Shown here: positions 1-8,907 of the stretch, in pieces
How the letters are laid out: each line of letters starts with the position of its first letter
Position numbering within the stretch: the first letter of the stretch is position 1
NCBI GenBank assembly: GCA_965204575.1
Contig: OZ241993.1
Coordinates: 1-64,000 of the forward strand
Length of the DNA stretch: 64,000 nucleotides
Source of the DNA: an uncultured candidatus Porisulfidus sp.
GTDB taxonomy: Bacteria > Pseudomonadota > Gammaproteobacteria > Poriferisulfidales > Poriferisulfidaceae
Reading direction: 5' to 3'
The notes under the pieces: model-generated
The model's input: only the letters and a program-made list of their open reading frames with translations
What the model was told of the DNA's origin: nothing
The model's database searches: none
Position numbers and translations under genes: made by a program

Positions 1-23
1 ACGAAAACTTCAGGTCAAACACC

Positions 24-296
24 ATGCCTAAATACATCATCGAACGCGAGATTCCCGGCGCCGGCAACCTGTCGGCCGAAGACCTGCACGGCATTTCCCA
101 AAAGTCCTGCAGCATCCTCGATGCCATGGGCCCGCAGATCCAGTGGGTCGAAAGCTACGTGACCGACGACAAGGTCTACTGCACCTACATCGCCCCCAAC
201 GAGGCGGCCATCCGCGAGCACGCCGAACAGGGCGGATTCCCGGCCAACCGCATCTCCGAAGTGCGGGCGGTCATCGATCCCACGACCGGCGAATAA
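24..296 (+). CDS. DUF4242 family small protein
   Basis: MPKYIIEREIPGAG...WVESYVTDDKVYCTYIAPNEAAIREHA...GFPANRISEV pattern. Confidence 0.8.
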   Translation: MPKYIIEREIPGAGNLSAEDLHGISQKSCSILDAMGPQIQWVESYVTDDKVYCTYIAPNEAAIREHAEQGGFPANRISEVRAVIDPTTGE

Positions 297-310
297 GCGG
301 CAGAGCCGAA

Positions 311-646
311 ATGAGCGCATTGGACCGGATCCGCGAGCAGGTCGCCGGCAACCCGGTGATCCTGTACATGAAGGGCACGCCGCAGATGCCGCAGTGCGGC
401 TTCTCCAGCCGCACCGCGCAGGCGTTGATGGAATGCGGCGAGGAATTCGCCTACGTCAACGTCCTGATGGACCCGGAAATCTTCCAGGACCTGCCGAAGT
501 TCGCCGACTGGCCGACCTTTCCGCAGTTGTACATCAGCGGCGAATTGGTCGGCGGCTGCGACATCACGCTGGAGCTTCACGAGAAAGGCGAGCTTCAGCA
601 GATGGTGCACGAGGCGCGCGGCGGCAGCGCCGAGTCAGTCGGCTGA
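311..646 (+). CDS. grxD: Monothiol glutaredoxin Grx4
   Basis: YMKGTPQMPQCGFS active site and WPTFPQLY...GGCD; start taken at ATG 311. Confidence 0.93.
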   Translation: MSALDRIREQVAGNPVILYMKGTPQMPQCGFSSRTAQALMECGEEFAYVNVLMDPEIFQDLPKFADWPTFPQLYISGELVGGCDITLELHEKGELQQMVHEARGGSAESVG

Positions 647-1294
647 TTTCTCTTCCGCCTGCATGCGGCGGGCCTCGTCGGCCAGCCTCCGGTATTCGTC
701 CTGCCAGCGGTTGACGATGCTGCAGAACACGCGCGCCGTCATGCAGGCATCGTAGCGGGCGCTGTGCGCCCGGTCCTCGTCCCAGCCCAAGCCCGCCTGT
801 TCCGCAATCCGTGACAGCACCGTCTGCCCGAATGCCACGGCCCCCAGGCTGACCGTATCCAGCGTACTGAACGGGTGGAACGGATTCCGTTTGATCCGGC
901 AGCGTTCACAGGCCGCGTTCACGACCGCCAAGTCGAAGGCCGCGTTGTGACCGAGCAGCACAGCTCGCTGGCAGTGATGTTCGCGAACGGCTAGGCGAAT
1001 CGCCTTAAACACGGTCTCCAGCGCTTCTTTCTCGGACACGGCTTCGCGTTCCGGGTCATGCGGGTCGATGCCGATCAGCTTGAGCGAGGCCGGATCGATG
1101 CGTGCCCCTTCGAACGGGCGAACCGCCAAGGCAAGCGGTTCCTCCGGAAACAGGTTGCCCTCGGCGTCCATGCGCAACAGCACGGCCGAGATCTCCAGCA
1201 GCGCATCGGTCTCCGGGACCAGGCCTCCCGTCTCCACGTCCACGGCGACCGGAAGAAATCCGCGAAACCGGTTCTCCAGGCTGATTCCGGTCAT
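635..1294 (-). CDS. rnt: Ribonuclease T
   Basis: RFRGFLPVAVDVETGG, GHNAAFD, NPFHPFSTLDT, AHSARYD (DEDDh exonuclease); adjacent to grxD. Confidence 0.92.
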   Translation of the reverse strand: MTGISLENRFRGFLPVAVDVETGGLVPETDALLEISAVLLRMDAEGNLFPEEPLALAVRPFEGARIDPASLKLIGIDPHDPEREAVSEKEALETVFKAIRLAVREHHCQRAVLLGHNAAFDLAVVNAACERCRIKRNPFHPFSTLDTVSLGAVAFGQTVLSRIAEQAGLGWDEDRAHSARYDACMTARVFCSIVNRWQDEYRRLADEARRMQAEEKSAD

Positions 1295-1335
1295 TTCCCT
1301 CCCCCGCATCAAGGCCCAACACCTATAATAGGGAA

Positions 1336-1631
1336 CTGATATGGATTTGATCTGTCGTTAGTTATAGTAACATTCTGCATAAGGTTGTAGTCCGCACACT
1401 GAGCCCAGGGCGCGGGAGGATCATACGGCGACGGTCTATCACTCTGATATCCGTGGGTTGGGTACCACCTGACCTGTCTCCGTCGTGGAGCTTCCTCTGT
1501 CTATATTCGTGGGTCGGCATGCTGGAGAGATTGCTCCCTGGCATGCACCACAAATTCCCGCCGAGGATTCTCCGGACCGGCCTCCCGCGCCCTGGGCTCA
1601 ATGTGCGGCTCATGATGCGTGTCCGGCCGGA
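1336..1631 (-). mobile_element. Orphan right end (3' non-coding region) of an IS110-family element
   Basis: Minus strand shares landmarks with the region downstream of the IS110 gene at 19067 (GAGAAxCCT, TAGACAxAGG, GGTAxCCAACCC); ends ...CCATATCAG at 1336-1344. Confidence 0.7.
1392..1608 (-). ncRNA. Putative bridge RNA (orphan)
   Basis: 28-bp closing inverted repeat 1392-1419/1581-1608 with one mismatch that is a G-U pair on the minus strand; internal hairpins; segments match own flank (GGGAA) and own end (CTGATAT). Confidence 0.6.
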
Positions 1632-1808
1632 TCAGTTGACCGCCCGCATGGCATAGGGCCTGCCGTTCACTTCGCAGGCGACCGCCCACAGGAACCCGAC
1701 CATGTGGTTCCAGACGAAGCGGCAGGCCCCGGCGGTGCCGTGCAGTTGCCGGTTCTTTCTTGCAGAACCCGGATGCAGGCGGTAGCGGACGGTGCGGTGG
1801 ACCTTCAT
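1632..1808 (-). pseudogene. Chimeric remnant: TnpB N-terminal HTH fused to IS110 transposase C-terminal tail
   Basis: MKVHRTVRYRLHPG...GACRFVWNH (IS605 OrfB HTH) joined to MVGFLWAVACEV (cf. ELTGFVWDIVCHE at the C-terminus of the IS110 protein at 19067). Confidence 0.7.
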
Positions 1809-1814
1809 GTAGTG

Positions 1815-1843
1815 ATTATGATGGGATGGTTTTTCCCTGTCAA
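1815..1843 (-). promoter_or_regulatory. Sigma70 promoter, probably giving a leaderless transcript
   Basis: Minus strand TTGACA (1843-1838)-17 bp-CATAAT (1820-1815), 6 nt before ATG 1808. Confidence 0.75.
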
Positions 1844-1905
1844 ATAATCTCGATAACTCCCCATATAATATAGTTTTTGTAGGCACCCTGCCGGATTCCG
1901 CCACC

Positions 1906-3108
1906 ATGCCTCAATACCAAAAAGTCGTGCTCGCCTATTCGGGCGGCCTGGACACTTCGATTATCCTGAAATGGCTGCAGGAGCGCTACGACTGCGAGGT
2001 CGTGACGTACACCGCCGACCTTGGCCAGCAGGAAGACCTTGAGCCGGCCCGGCAGCGGGCCCAGGCGCTGGGTGTCCAGGATATCCGGATTGAGGACCTG
2101 CGCGAGACTTTCGCCCGCGACTACATCTTCCCGATGCTGCGTGCCAATCCCTTGTACGAGGGACAGTACCTGCTCGGCACTGCCATTGCCCGGCCCTTGA
2201 TTACGGCTGGAATGGTGAAGGCGGCTCAGGAATCGGGTGCCGACGCGATCGCTCACGGTGCGACCGGGAAGGGAAACGACCAAGTGCGCTTCGAACTGTC
2301 CGCACGGGCACTGAATCCCGATCTGGCGGTCATTGCCCCTTGGCGGGAATGGGACCTCAACTCCCGGGCCGACCTGCTCGCGTACGCCCAGGAGCACGGG
2401 ATCGAAGTGGAGAAGAATCCGGACGGCGGCAGCCCTTACTCGATGGATGCCAACCTGCTGCACGTCTCCTACGAGGGAGGCGTGCTGGAAGACCCGGATG
2501 CCGCTCCGCCCGCCGGCATGTGGCGCTGGACCACGGACCCGCAGCAGGCACCGGACGAACCCCAGACCCTGCGGATCGCATTCGAGAACGGCGACCCGGT
2601 TGCCGTCGACGGCGAGGCGCTGGGCCCCGCTGCGCTAATGGAAGCCGTCAATGCGGCCGCTGCCCGCCACGGCATCGGCCGGGTCGACATGGTCGAGAAC
2701 CGGTACCTGGGCCTCAAGTCTCGGGGATGCTACGAAACCCCGGGCGGGACCGTGCTGATGGCTGCGCACCGGGCGGTCGAGTCGCTGACCCTGGACCGCG
2801 AAGTCGCGCACCTCAAGGAGGCGCTGATGCCGCAGTACGCGGCCCTGGTCTACAACGGCTACTGGTTCAGTCCGGAACGCGAGGCGTTGCAGCAATTGAT
2901 CGACCACTCCCAGAGCGAGGTCTGCGGAGAGGCCCGGCTGCGCCTGTACAAGGGCGCGGTCACCGTGGAAGGCCGGCAGTCCCCCAACAGCCGGTACGAC
3001 CCGGCCCAGGCGACCTTCGAGGACGACCGGGGCCGGTTCAACCAAGCCGACGCCGCCGGATTCATCCGGCTGTCCGGCCTGCGCCTGCGGCCTCCGGGAA
3101 AAGGTTGA
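1906..3108 (+). CDS. argG: Argininosuccinate synthase
   Basis: [45 protein letters not shown]. Confidence 0.97.
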   Translation: MPQYQKVVLAYSGGLDTSIILKWLQERYDCEVVTYTADLGQQEDLEPARQRAQALGVQDIRIEDLRETFARDYIFPMLRANPLYEGQYLLGTAIARPLITAGMVKAAQESGADAIAHGATGKGNDQVRFELSARALNPDLAVIAPWREWDLNSRADLLAYAQEHGIEVEKNPDGGSPYSMDANLLHVSYEGGVLEDPDAAPPAGMWRWTTDPQQAPDEPQTLRIAFENGDPVAVDGEALGPAALMEAVNAAAARHGIGRVDMVENRYLGLKSRGCYETPGGTVLMAAHRAVESLTLDREVAHLKEALMPQYAALVYNGYWFSPEREALQQLIDHSQSEVCGEARLRLYKGAVTVEGRQSPNSRYDPAQATFEDDRGRFNQADAAGFIRLSGLRLRPPGKG

Positions 3109-3212
3109 GTGGTCAACCAAGCGATTCCAGGCGGGCGGTCCGCGCTGGACAACCTGTTGGGCAGGCAAGGTATAATAGGCATGCTTCCGCTATAGCCCGC
3201 GTACAAGTATCC

Positions 3213-3935
3213 ATGCCCCAACGCTCCCGCCGTTCCGCGATCGCTTTAATTTGCCTGCTGGCATTCTCCGGCTCCGCGCTGGCGGACAACCATGGAGCTG
3301 GCGATCCGCGCGACCCCTGGGAGGGCTACAACCGGGCGGTTTATGGATTCAACAAGGGCTTCGATTCGATCTTCTTGAGACCGGCCGCTGACGCCTACAA
3401 CGCGATAGCTCCGGAAGCGGTGAGCCAAGGCGTCACCAACTTTTTCTCCAATATCGGCGATGTCCGGAACTGCTTCAACAACTTCCTGCAGGGCAAGCCG
3501 GGTGAAGCCGCCAACTCCCTTGCCCGCCTGGTCATCAACAGCACGGCCGGGTTGCTGGGATTCGTCGACGTCGCCACGGAAATCGGGATCAAGAAATCGG
3601 AAGAGGATTTCGGCCAGACCCTGGGTGCCGGGGGGGCCGAGCCCGGACCCTATTTCGTGCTGCCGTTCCTGGGGCCCAGCACGGTCCGCGACACGATCGC
3701 CAAGCCGGTCGACTTTGCCTTGAATCCTTTCACCTGGGCGGATGACAGCGAAGTCCGGGTGGCGGCTCTCGGTCTCCGGGCCATCGACTACCGTGCCGAC
3801 CTGTTGGACACCGAGGAAGCCGTGGAAGGCATCACCGAGGACGAATACGCGCTGGTGCGCAATGCGTACCTGGACCAACGCCAGTTTGAAGTGAGCGACG
3901 GCGCGGTCGCCGGCACCTACGAAATCGAAGAATAA
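3213..3935 (+). CDS. mlaA: VacJ/MlaA family protein
   Basis: DPWEGYNR, EDFGQTLG, GPYFVLPFLGPSTVRD; signal peptide; start ATG 3213. Confidence 0.9.
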   Translation: MPQRSRRSAIALICLLAFSGSALADNHGAGDPRDPWEGYNRAVYGFNKGFDSIFLRPAADAYNAIAPEAVSQGVTNFFSNIGDVRNCFNNFLQGKPGEAANSLARLVINSTAGLLGFVDVATEIGIKKSEEDFGQTLGAGGAEPGPYFVLPFLGPSTVRDTIAKPVDFALNPFTWADDSEVRVAALGLRAIDYRADLLDTEEAVEGITEDEYALVRNAYLDQRQFEVSDGAVAGTYEIEE

Positions 3936-3957
3936 AAGCCTGCCCTGCCGGGCAGGC
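3931..3957 (-). terminator. Intrinsic terminator for the minus-strand small ORF
   Basis: Stem GCCTGCCC/GGGCAGGC (3938-3957) followed on the minus strand by TTTTATT. Confidence 0.65.
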
Positions 3958-3983
3958 GTCACATCAGAAAGTTTTGTCGCGGC

Positions 3984-4151
3984 TCAGCCGCCGAACAGTC
4001 TTTTCAGCCAGCCGCAAATTCCGCCACCGCCCTGACTGCTAGAGCTGGAATCGGAACTGGAACTGGATGCGGCAGGCGCGCTGTCTCCGCCACCCCGACT
4101 CATCATTTGTTCGTGATGACGTTTGAGAACAGAATCCGTGGGTGCGCTCAT
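3984..4151 (-). CDS. 55-aa small protein with C-terminal amphipathic helix (below the ORF-track cutoff)
   Basis: MSAPTDSVLKRHHEQMMSRGGG-(Ser-rich)-GGGGICGWLKRLFGG; GAGGG upstream of ATG, TACAAT further upstream, own terminator. Confidence 0.6.
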   Translation of the reverse strand: MSAPTDSVLKRHHEQMMSRGGGDSAPAASSSSSDSSSSSQGGGGICGWLKRLFGG

Positions 4152-4446
4152 TCTTGTCGGCCCTCATGCCGTTTATTGTCTCGCCATTGTACATAATTCT
4201 CTGACAGACCTTTCTTATGATCCTATTCCCCGGTTGTTCGGCGAACAACCGGCCTAACTACACATACTGAAAAGTATTTTCAATGTATCCGAACCGATTG
4301 ATTCTATTGTGATAAAGGGGGCATATTAGGAGTTTCTGATTTGAATCCGCCGGCGCGAGAATGGCGGGCCTGCTTTTGTCCGGAGGTCCGACATACACAC
4401 CGGGAGACTGATTTTCTCTCGCGTTTTGCCTCACCCCCCCTATATT

Positions 4447-4455
4447 ATTTCTAAT
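4447..4455 (+). other. Putative recombination site ATTT-CT-AAT, porin copy 1
   Basis: tATTTCTAATTGC; porin homology stops here. Confidence 0.6.
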
Positions 4456-6364
4456 TGCTTTGGCCCTGGCGGCGGCCCCGTTCGCAGCCCAAGCCGAAAC
4501 ATGGAACATATACGGCTGGCAGAACTATTCCTGGGAGTTCGTGGACGAAAAAAACAGTGGTCGCAGTTACGATCGAATTTCCGGAAACGCGGCCAACATC
4601 GGCTTCAGTGCCAACGTGGACACCGGCATGAACGGCATCCACGTCACTCTCCAGTGCGAGTCATGGACGCTCCACAATCACTGGGATGGTCAGGGTGGCT
4701 GGTGCACCCGCAACTCCAAGATCGGCCTGTCTCATCCCCAGATGGGCGAGATCATGTTTGCCACCTGGCTGCTGCCCTACAACGAGGGCGTGGCGCAGTG
4801 GATCGACCCGTTCTACGACGCGGGCGGGGACTCGCATACCAGCATCATGGGTTCGGTCGGTGGCTCTACCTGGTATCATTCTCCTGGCGACTGGAACAAT
4901 CGTTCCGACCCGGACCGACATCCCGACTATGCTACCGGTGTAGACACCGGCTTCAACCGTCGTCAGCAGGAGATCATCCAGTATTGGTCGCCGAACTGGA
5001 ACGGCTTCGTGTTCCGCTTTGCCTGGACTGCAGGATATGAAGATGAACAGCCGTGGGGAAGGAATAATGCCAAACTGGACCCGGTGATTCGCTCGTCCAG
5101 CCTGGCATACACCAACGGCCCATTGTGGTTGGCGGTGGCCTGGCAGGATCACGAGGACTGGACCGCTAGTCGGCAAAAAATTCGCGGAAAAATGGACGGT
5201 TCGGACGCGGAGAGCCTGCGCGTGGCGGGCCGCTACATCATGGACATGGGTGATGGCATGAGCGTTCAGATCTCGGCGATGTGGGAGACCCTGGAGTACG
5301 AGTTCAACGGCGTGACCAGCGTCGATGAAGTAATGGGAGCTTTCTATCTTGGTTCTTTCACCTCCACCTACGACCTGTATCACGACGGGAGCAAGATTGT
5401 CGGGACTCCGGCGGTTCCGGGTACTCCGGCTATGCAGGCCGAGGTCGACGAGAACGACGTCAAGGCTCAGAAGACCCTTGATCTTGTGCGTAAGTTGTTC
5501 TACAACCCAGACGCTACCAGCGAGGCCGCTCCTTATACACTCAAAACCGGTGTCGAGGGAACCGCGTGGGGTGATGTCACTACCCTTCTAGCGGCGGCCG
5601 GCTTTGCTCCGGCGGACGATCCCTTGACGGCGGCGGACGAAAGCAAGGCCGCGGGCAGTTGTGCTGCCACTACTCCCTCGACGTGTACTGACCTTAATCT
5701 CAACGTCTTGGCGGATACTGATACCGCTACTGCCGGGCAGCAGAATGTGCTTAAGGCTGCGATCGAGGCTCTGAACAACGCCCGCGACACGGTTCCGGAT
5801 GACAATAACGATGCGACAACCGAGGACGCAGGCATACAGCCTCCGAACTTGGACGTGGCTGTCGGCCAAACTGGCGCTGGCACTGTAGCTCAGAGAAACG
5901 CCCAGGCCCAATACGACCTTTTGGTCGAGATGGCTACAGCGGCTGCTGAGAAAAAAGCCGGGATGACAGAGGCTGTACCGGCCAAACCCGCAGTCAGCGC
6001 AGCTGCTAACAGAGCTGCAATGACTATGGGCGAGAACGTCAAGATCGAGCGCGACGCCTGGATGGTGTCCGGCAAGATCAAGTTCGGCGGTCCCATCGAC
6101 TTCCGCTTCTCCTACATGGACGCGGACGATCTTGAGGTCTCCTGCGCATCCTGCTCGGGCGACTGGGACGAGACCGCGGCCGACGCCTTCAACGTGGGCA
6201 TCTTCTACACCATGCCGGCCGGCACGGAACTGCGCCTGACCTACTCCGAAGTCAACAACGACGACAACGGCGCTTACGGTCAGGGTGTCACCGGTACCGG
6301 GATCGCCTCACCGGGCAATGAAATCGAAATGTTCGCAGTGGGCATCGTGCACTGGTTCGACTAA
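4448..6364 (+). CDS. Porin copy 1, silent cassette (no ATG/RBS/n-region) with variable central insertion
   Basis: IYG N-terminal strand, YWSPNWNGF, C-terminal GIVHWFD; frame begins FLIALALAAAPFAAQA with no Met-Lys-Lys or SD. Confidence 0.85.
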   Translation, partial: FLIALALAAAPFAAQAETWNIYGWQNYSWEFVDEKNSGRSYDRISGNAANIGFSANVDTGMNGIHVTLQCESWTLHNHWDGQGGWCTRNSKIGLSHPQMGEIMFATWLLPYNEGVAQWIDPFYDAGGDSHTSIMGSVGGSTWYHSPGDWNNRSDPDRHPDYATGVDTGFNRRQQEIIQYWSPNWNGFVFRFAWTAGYEDEQPWGRNNAKLDPVIRSSSLAYTNGPLWLAVAWQDHEDWTASRQKIRGKMDGSDAESLRVAGRYIMDMGDGMSVQISAMWETLEYEFNGVTSVDEVMGAFYLGSFTSTYDLYHDGSKIVGTPAVPGTPAMQAEVDENDVKAQKTLDLVRKLFYNPDATSEAAPYTLKTGVEGTAWGDVTTLLAAAGFAPADDPLTAADESKAAGSCAATTPSTCTDLNLNVLADTDTATAGQQNVLKAAIEALNNARDTVPDDNNDATTEDAGIQPPNLDVAVGQTGAGTVAQRNAQAQYDLLVEMATAAAEKKAGMTEAVPAKPAVSAAANRAAMTMGENVKIERDAWMVSGKIKFGGPIDFRFSYMDADDLEVSCASCSGDWDETAADAFNVGIFYTMPAGTELRLTYSEVNNDDNGAYGQGVTGTGIASPGNEIEMFAVGIVHWFD

Positions 6365-6394
6365 GACAGTCCAACTGAGGCACACCAAACAAAG

Positions 6395-6422
6395 CAGGCG
6401 CCCTTCGGGGCGCCTGTTTTTC
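6395..6422 (+). terminator. Porin intrinsic terminator
   Basis: CAGGCGCCC-TTCG-GGGCGCCTG-TTTTTT. Confidence 0.85.
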
Positions 6423-6474
6423 TGGAAAATAGCGGAGATCAAAACTTGGTCAATACAGTGTGAGCCCTATGGAC

Positions 6475-7785
6475 TTACAGGTCGTGCAGAAACTGCGCAT
6501 GGTACAGGGGCCAGGTCTGTATCACGCCATCACCTTTCCCGCCAACGTTTCCGACCAGCTTGACCGCACAGCGGGGACGGTATTGTTCAAGATAGGTACG
6601 CAGGCTGCGCGCACGGGTGCGCGCCCCACTCTTGACTTCTACAGGGATTATGTCGCCACGGCGCCCATGGTGCAGAAATTCAATTTCTGCCCGGGTACCC
6701 TGCCAACCGTAAGTGTGACGCCCGACATGGGTATGAATCTCGTTCTGCACGAAGTTCTCAGCGACGAAACCCTTAAAGCAGGTATCCTGTCGATGTTGGG
6801 CTGCATAGTCCAGATTCAGCATGTGGCCGAGCAGGCCAACATCGGATAGGTATAGCCTGAAGGCATTCTGTTTGGATTGCGGCAGCAGGGGCATCTGGGG
6901 CCTGCCGGAAATCAGGTGGCATTTCTGAGCCAACTGGGCCGCCACCAGCCAGTCGATGGGACTCTGAAGATCTGCGTAACGGCGTTTTTTCTCAATGACG
7001 TCCCGGAACCGATAGCGTTGCACGGATCCGTCCCGGCTCGCAGCAAGTTGCCGCGGGATGTCGGTGAAGACGGCATCAATGTGTTGGGCGTGAATGCGCC
7101 CGGCAGACTTGCCGAAATCATTTCGGAATCCGTCGATCATACGTCGCTGAATCTCCCGGACGCTCCGAATTCGAGCCACGATCTTCCCAGAAGTGCCAAA
7201 CCAGTGGCTAACGGCCCCCGGCATGCCTCCTACGAAATAGTAGTCCAAAAGCAATTCCCACAGTTGATCGTGAACCACGGGGGAGCGGTCCCGCTCCCGG
7301 AATGCCGCAAGCAACCGGTCACGGCCGGACGCCATCACGAACTCCTCAAAACATAGTGGAGGCAGGGTCAGCCAGTGAACCTTGCCGACCGGGAAGGAAT
7401 CCAGCAGCCCAAGATTGGAACCAGATGCACAGACGAAAGCCCTGGGCAGTCTTTCGGCAAAGTATTTCAGCGAATCAACGGCAGGCTGGCATTCTCCGAC
7501 TTCATCGAAGAAGATAAGATTCTGCTCGGGGTCAATGTCCGAGCCGAGATGCGTGGCCAAGTTCTTCAGAACGGTTTCCGGGGCAAGTCCCTGTGCGAAC
7601 AGTCGGGCAAGTTTTGGTTGTTCGCGGAAATCCAGGTGAATGACCCTGCGAAACCACTTCGGTCCGAAGATCTTGGTGATGAGGAAGGTCTTGCCGACCT
7701 GACGTGCACCGTCCAGAAGCACAGGCTCGCGCTCTGGCAATTGCCGCCATTCCTCTAAGTTGCTCTCAATGAGGCGAGACAGCAT
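6475..7785 (-). CDS. AAA+ ATPase with DUF4143 and C-terminal nuclease-like motif
   Basis: Walker A GARQVGKT, Walker B IFFDEV, YYFVGGMP, EIEF...PVEVKSG. Confidence 0.88.
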   Translation of the reverse strand: MLSRLIESNLEEWRQLPEREPVLLDGARQVGKTFLITKIFGPKWFRRVIHLDFREQPKLARLFAQGLAPETVLKNLATHLGSDIDPEQNLIFFDEVGECQPAVDSLKYFAERLPRAFVCASGSNLGLLDSFPVGKVHWLTLPPLCFEEFVMASGRDRLLAAFRERDRSPVVHDQLWELLLDYYFVGGMPGAVSHWFGTSGKIVARIRSVREIQRRMIDGFRNDFGKSAGRIHAQHIDAVFTDIPRQLAASRDGSVQRYRFRDVIEKKRRYADLQSPIDWLVAAQLAQKCHLISGRPQMPLLPQSKQNAFRLYLSDVGLLGHMLNLDYAAQHRQDTCFKGFVAENFVQNEIHTHVGRHTYGWQGTRAEIEFLHHGRRGDIIPVEVKSGARTRARSLRTYLEQYRPRCAVKLVGNVGGKGDGVIQTWPLYHAQFLHDL

Positions 7786-7846
7786 GTTTCAGCACCTTTG
7801 CAAAGAACGCACGCGTAGTGTAGCAAAGAATCAATCCAAACACTTA

Positions 7847-7900
7847 CACTTTTATCACCATATAAATATTATTTTTTACATTTCTATCACCATAAAAGTG
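7847..7900 (-). promoter_or_regulatory. 54-bp AT-rich element upstream of DUF4143 ATPase
   Basis: CACTTTTAT...ATAAAAGTG terminal inverted repeat; 42/54 identical to the reverse complement of 11926-11979. Confidence 0.5.
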
Positions 7901-8091
7901 GACATTTAGAGTGCTTGATAGGCATGCTGTTCCCAACACGGTCTAACCGAATGGCAGACCAAACAAGCAGACACCCTTCGGGCATCTGTTTTTTTCGAGC
8001 CACATCAATAATTTGCACGATTGCAGCAGACTTCTGTTGACAGGATGCGCCACCACTCTCACAATGGACGCACGACCTGCATGGATTCGGA

Positions 8092-8907
8092 ATGACTCAG
8101 GCACGAACGCTGAAGCCGGAAGAGTATACGGTTGAAAAAGAACCCTACTACGAGCCAATCGGCTCAGAAATTGAGGTATTCGAGGCCGCTTGGAAAAACC
8201 AGCTGCCGGTCCTCCTCAAGGGGCCAACCGGTTGCGGGAAGACCCGCTTCATGGAATACATGGCGTGGCGGCTCAAGCGTCCGCTGATCACGGTATCCTG
8301 CCACGATGACCTGACTTCCTCGGATCTGGTCGGGCGCTACCTGATCTCAGGTGGCGAAACAGTCTGGGTAGACGGGCCGCTGGCCCGAGCCGTGCGCTCC
8401 GGCAGCATCTGCTACCTCGACGAAGTGGTGGAAGCACGCAAGGACACCACGGTCGTCATCCATCCTCTGTGCGACGATCGCCGGGTCCTCCCGATGGAAA
8501 AACATGGCGAGTTATTGGAGGCCCCGGACGAGTTCTGCATGGCGATTTCCTACAATCCGGGCTACCAGAGCGTCCTCAAGGATATCAAGCAGAGCACCCG
8601 GCAGCGGTTTGTTGCACTGGAGTTCGACTACCCCAAAGCGGAAATCGAACAGAAGATCGTAATTCGAGAAACTTCAGTAGATGCCGAGACCGCCAGACTT
8701 TTGGTCAAGTTTGCTGAAATGACCCGCAACCTCAAAGGCAACGGCCTGGACGAAGGTGCCAGCACACGGCTTCTGGTCCATGCAGGGAAACTCATTCAGT
8801 CGGGAGTGGACCCGGTGGCGGCCTGCACCAGCGCAGTCTCCCAAGCACTGACCGACGACCCGGAGATGCTCCAAGCCGTCAACGAGTTGGGATCGTCAGT
8901 GTTCTGA
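8092..8907 (+). CDS. cbbQ: CbbQ/NirQ/NorQ family MoxR AAA ATPase
   Basis: [48 protein letters not shown]. Confidence 0.85.
   Translation: MTQARTLKPEEYTVEKEPYYEPIGSEIEVFEAAWKNQLPVLLKGPTGCGKTRFMEYMAWRLKRPLITVSCHDDLTSSDLVGRYLISGGETVWVDGPLARAVRSGSICYLDEVVEARKDTTVVIHPLCDDRRVLPMEKHGELLEAPDEFCMAISYNPGYQSVLKDIKQSTRQRFVALEFDYPKAEIEQKIVIRETSVDAETARLLVKFAEMTRNLKGNGLDEGASTRLLVHAGKLIQSGVDPVAACTSAVSQALTDDPEMLQAVNELGSSVF

Noticed and set aside
1392-1608. MITE or TnpB omega-RNA interpretation of the 28-bp inverted repeat
   Set aside because: No TSD seen. Internal landmarks and the preceding peptide tail match the IS110 3' region at 18830-19070 instead.
4271-4285. 15-bp repeat AAAGTATTTTCAATG also at 11864-11878
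   Set aside because: Two copies in AT-rich spacers with no consistent context; could be chance.
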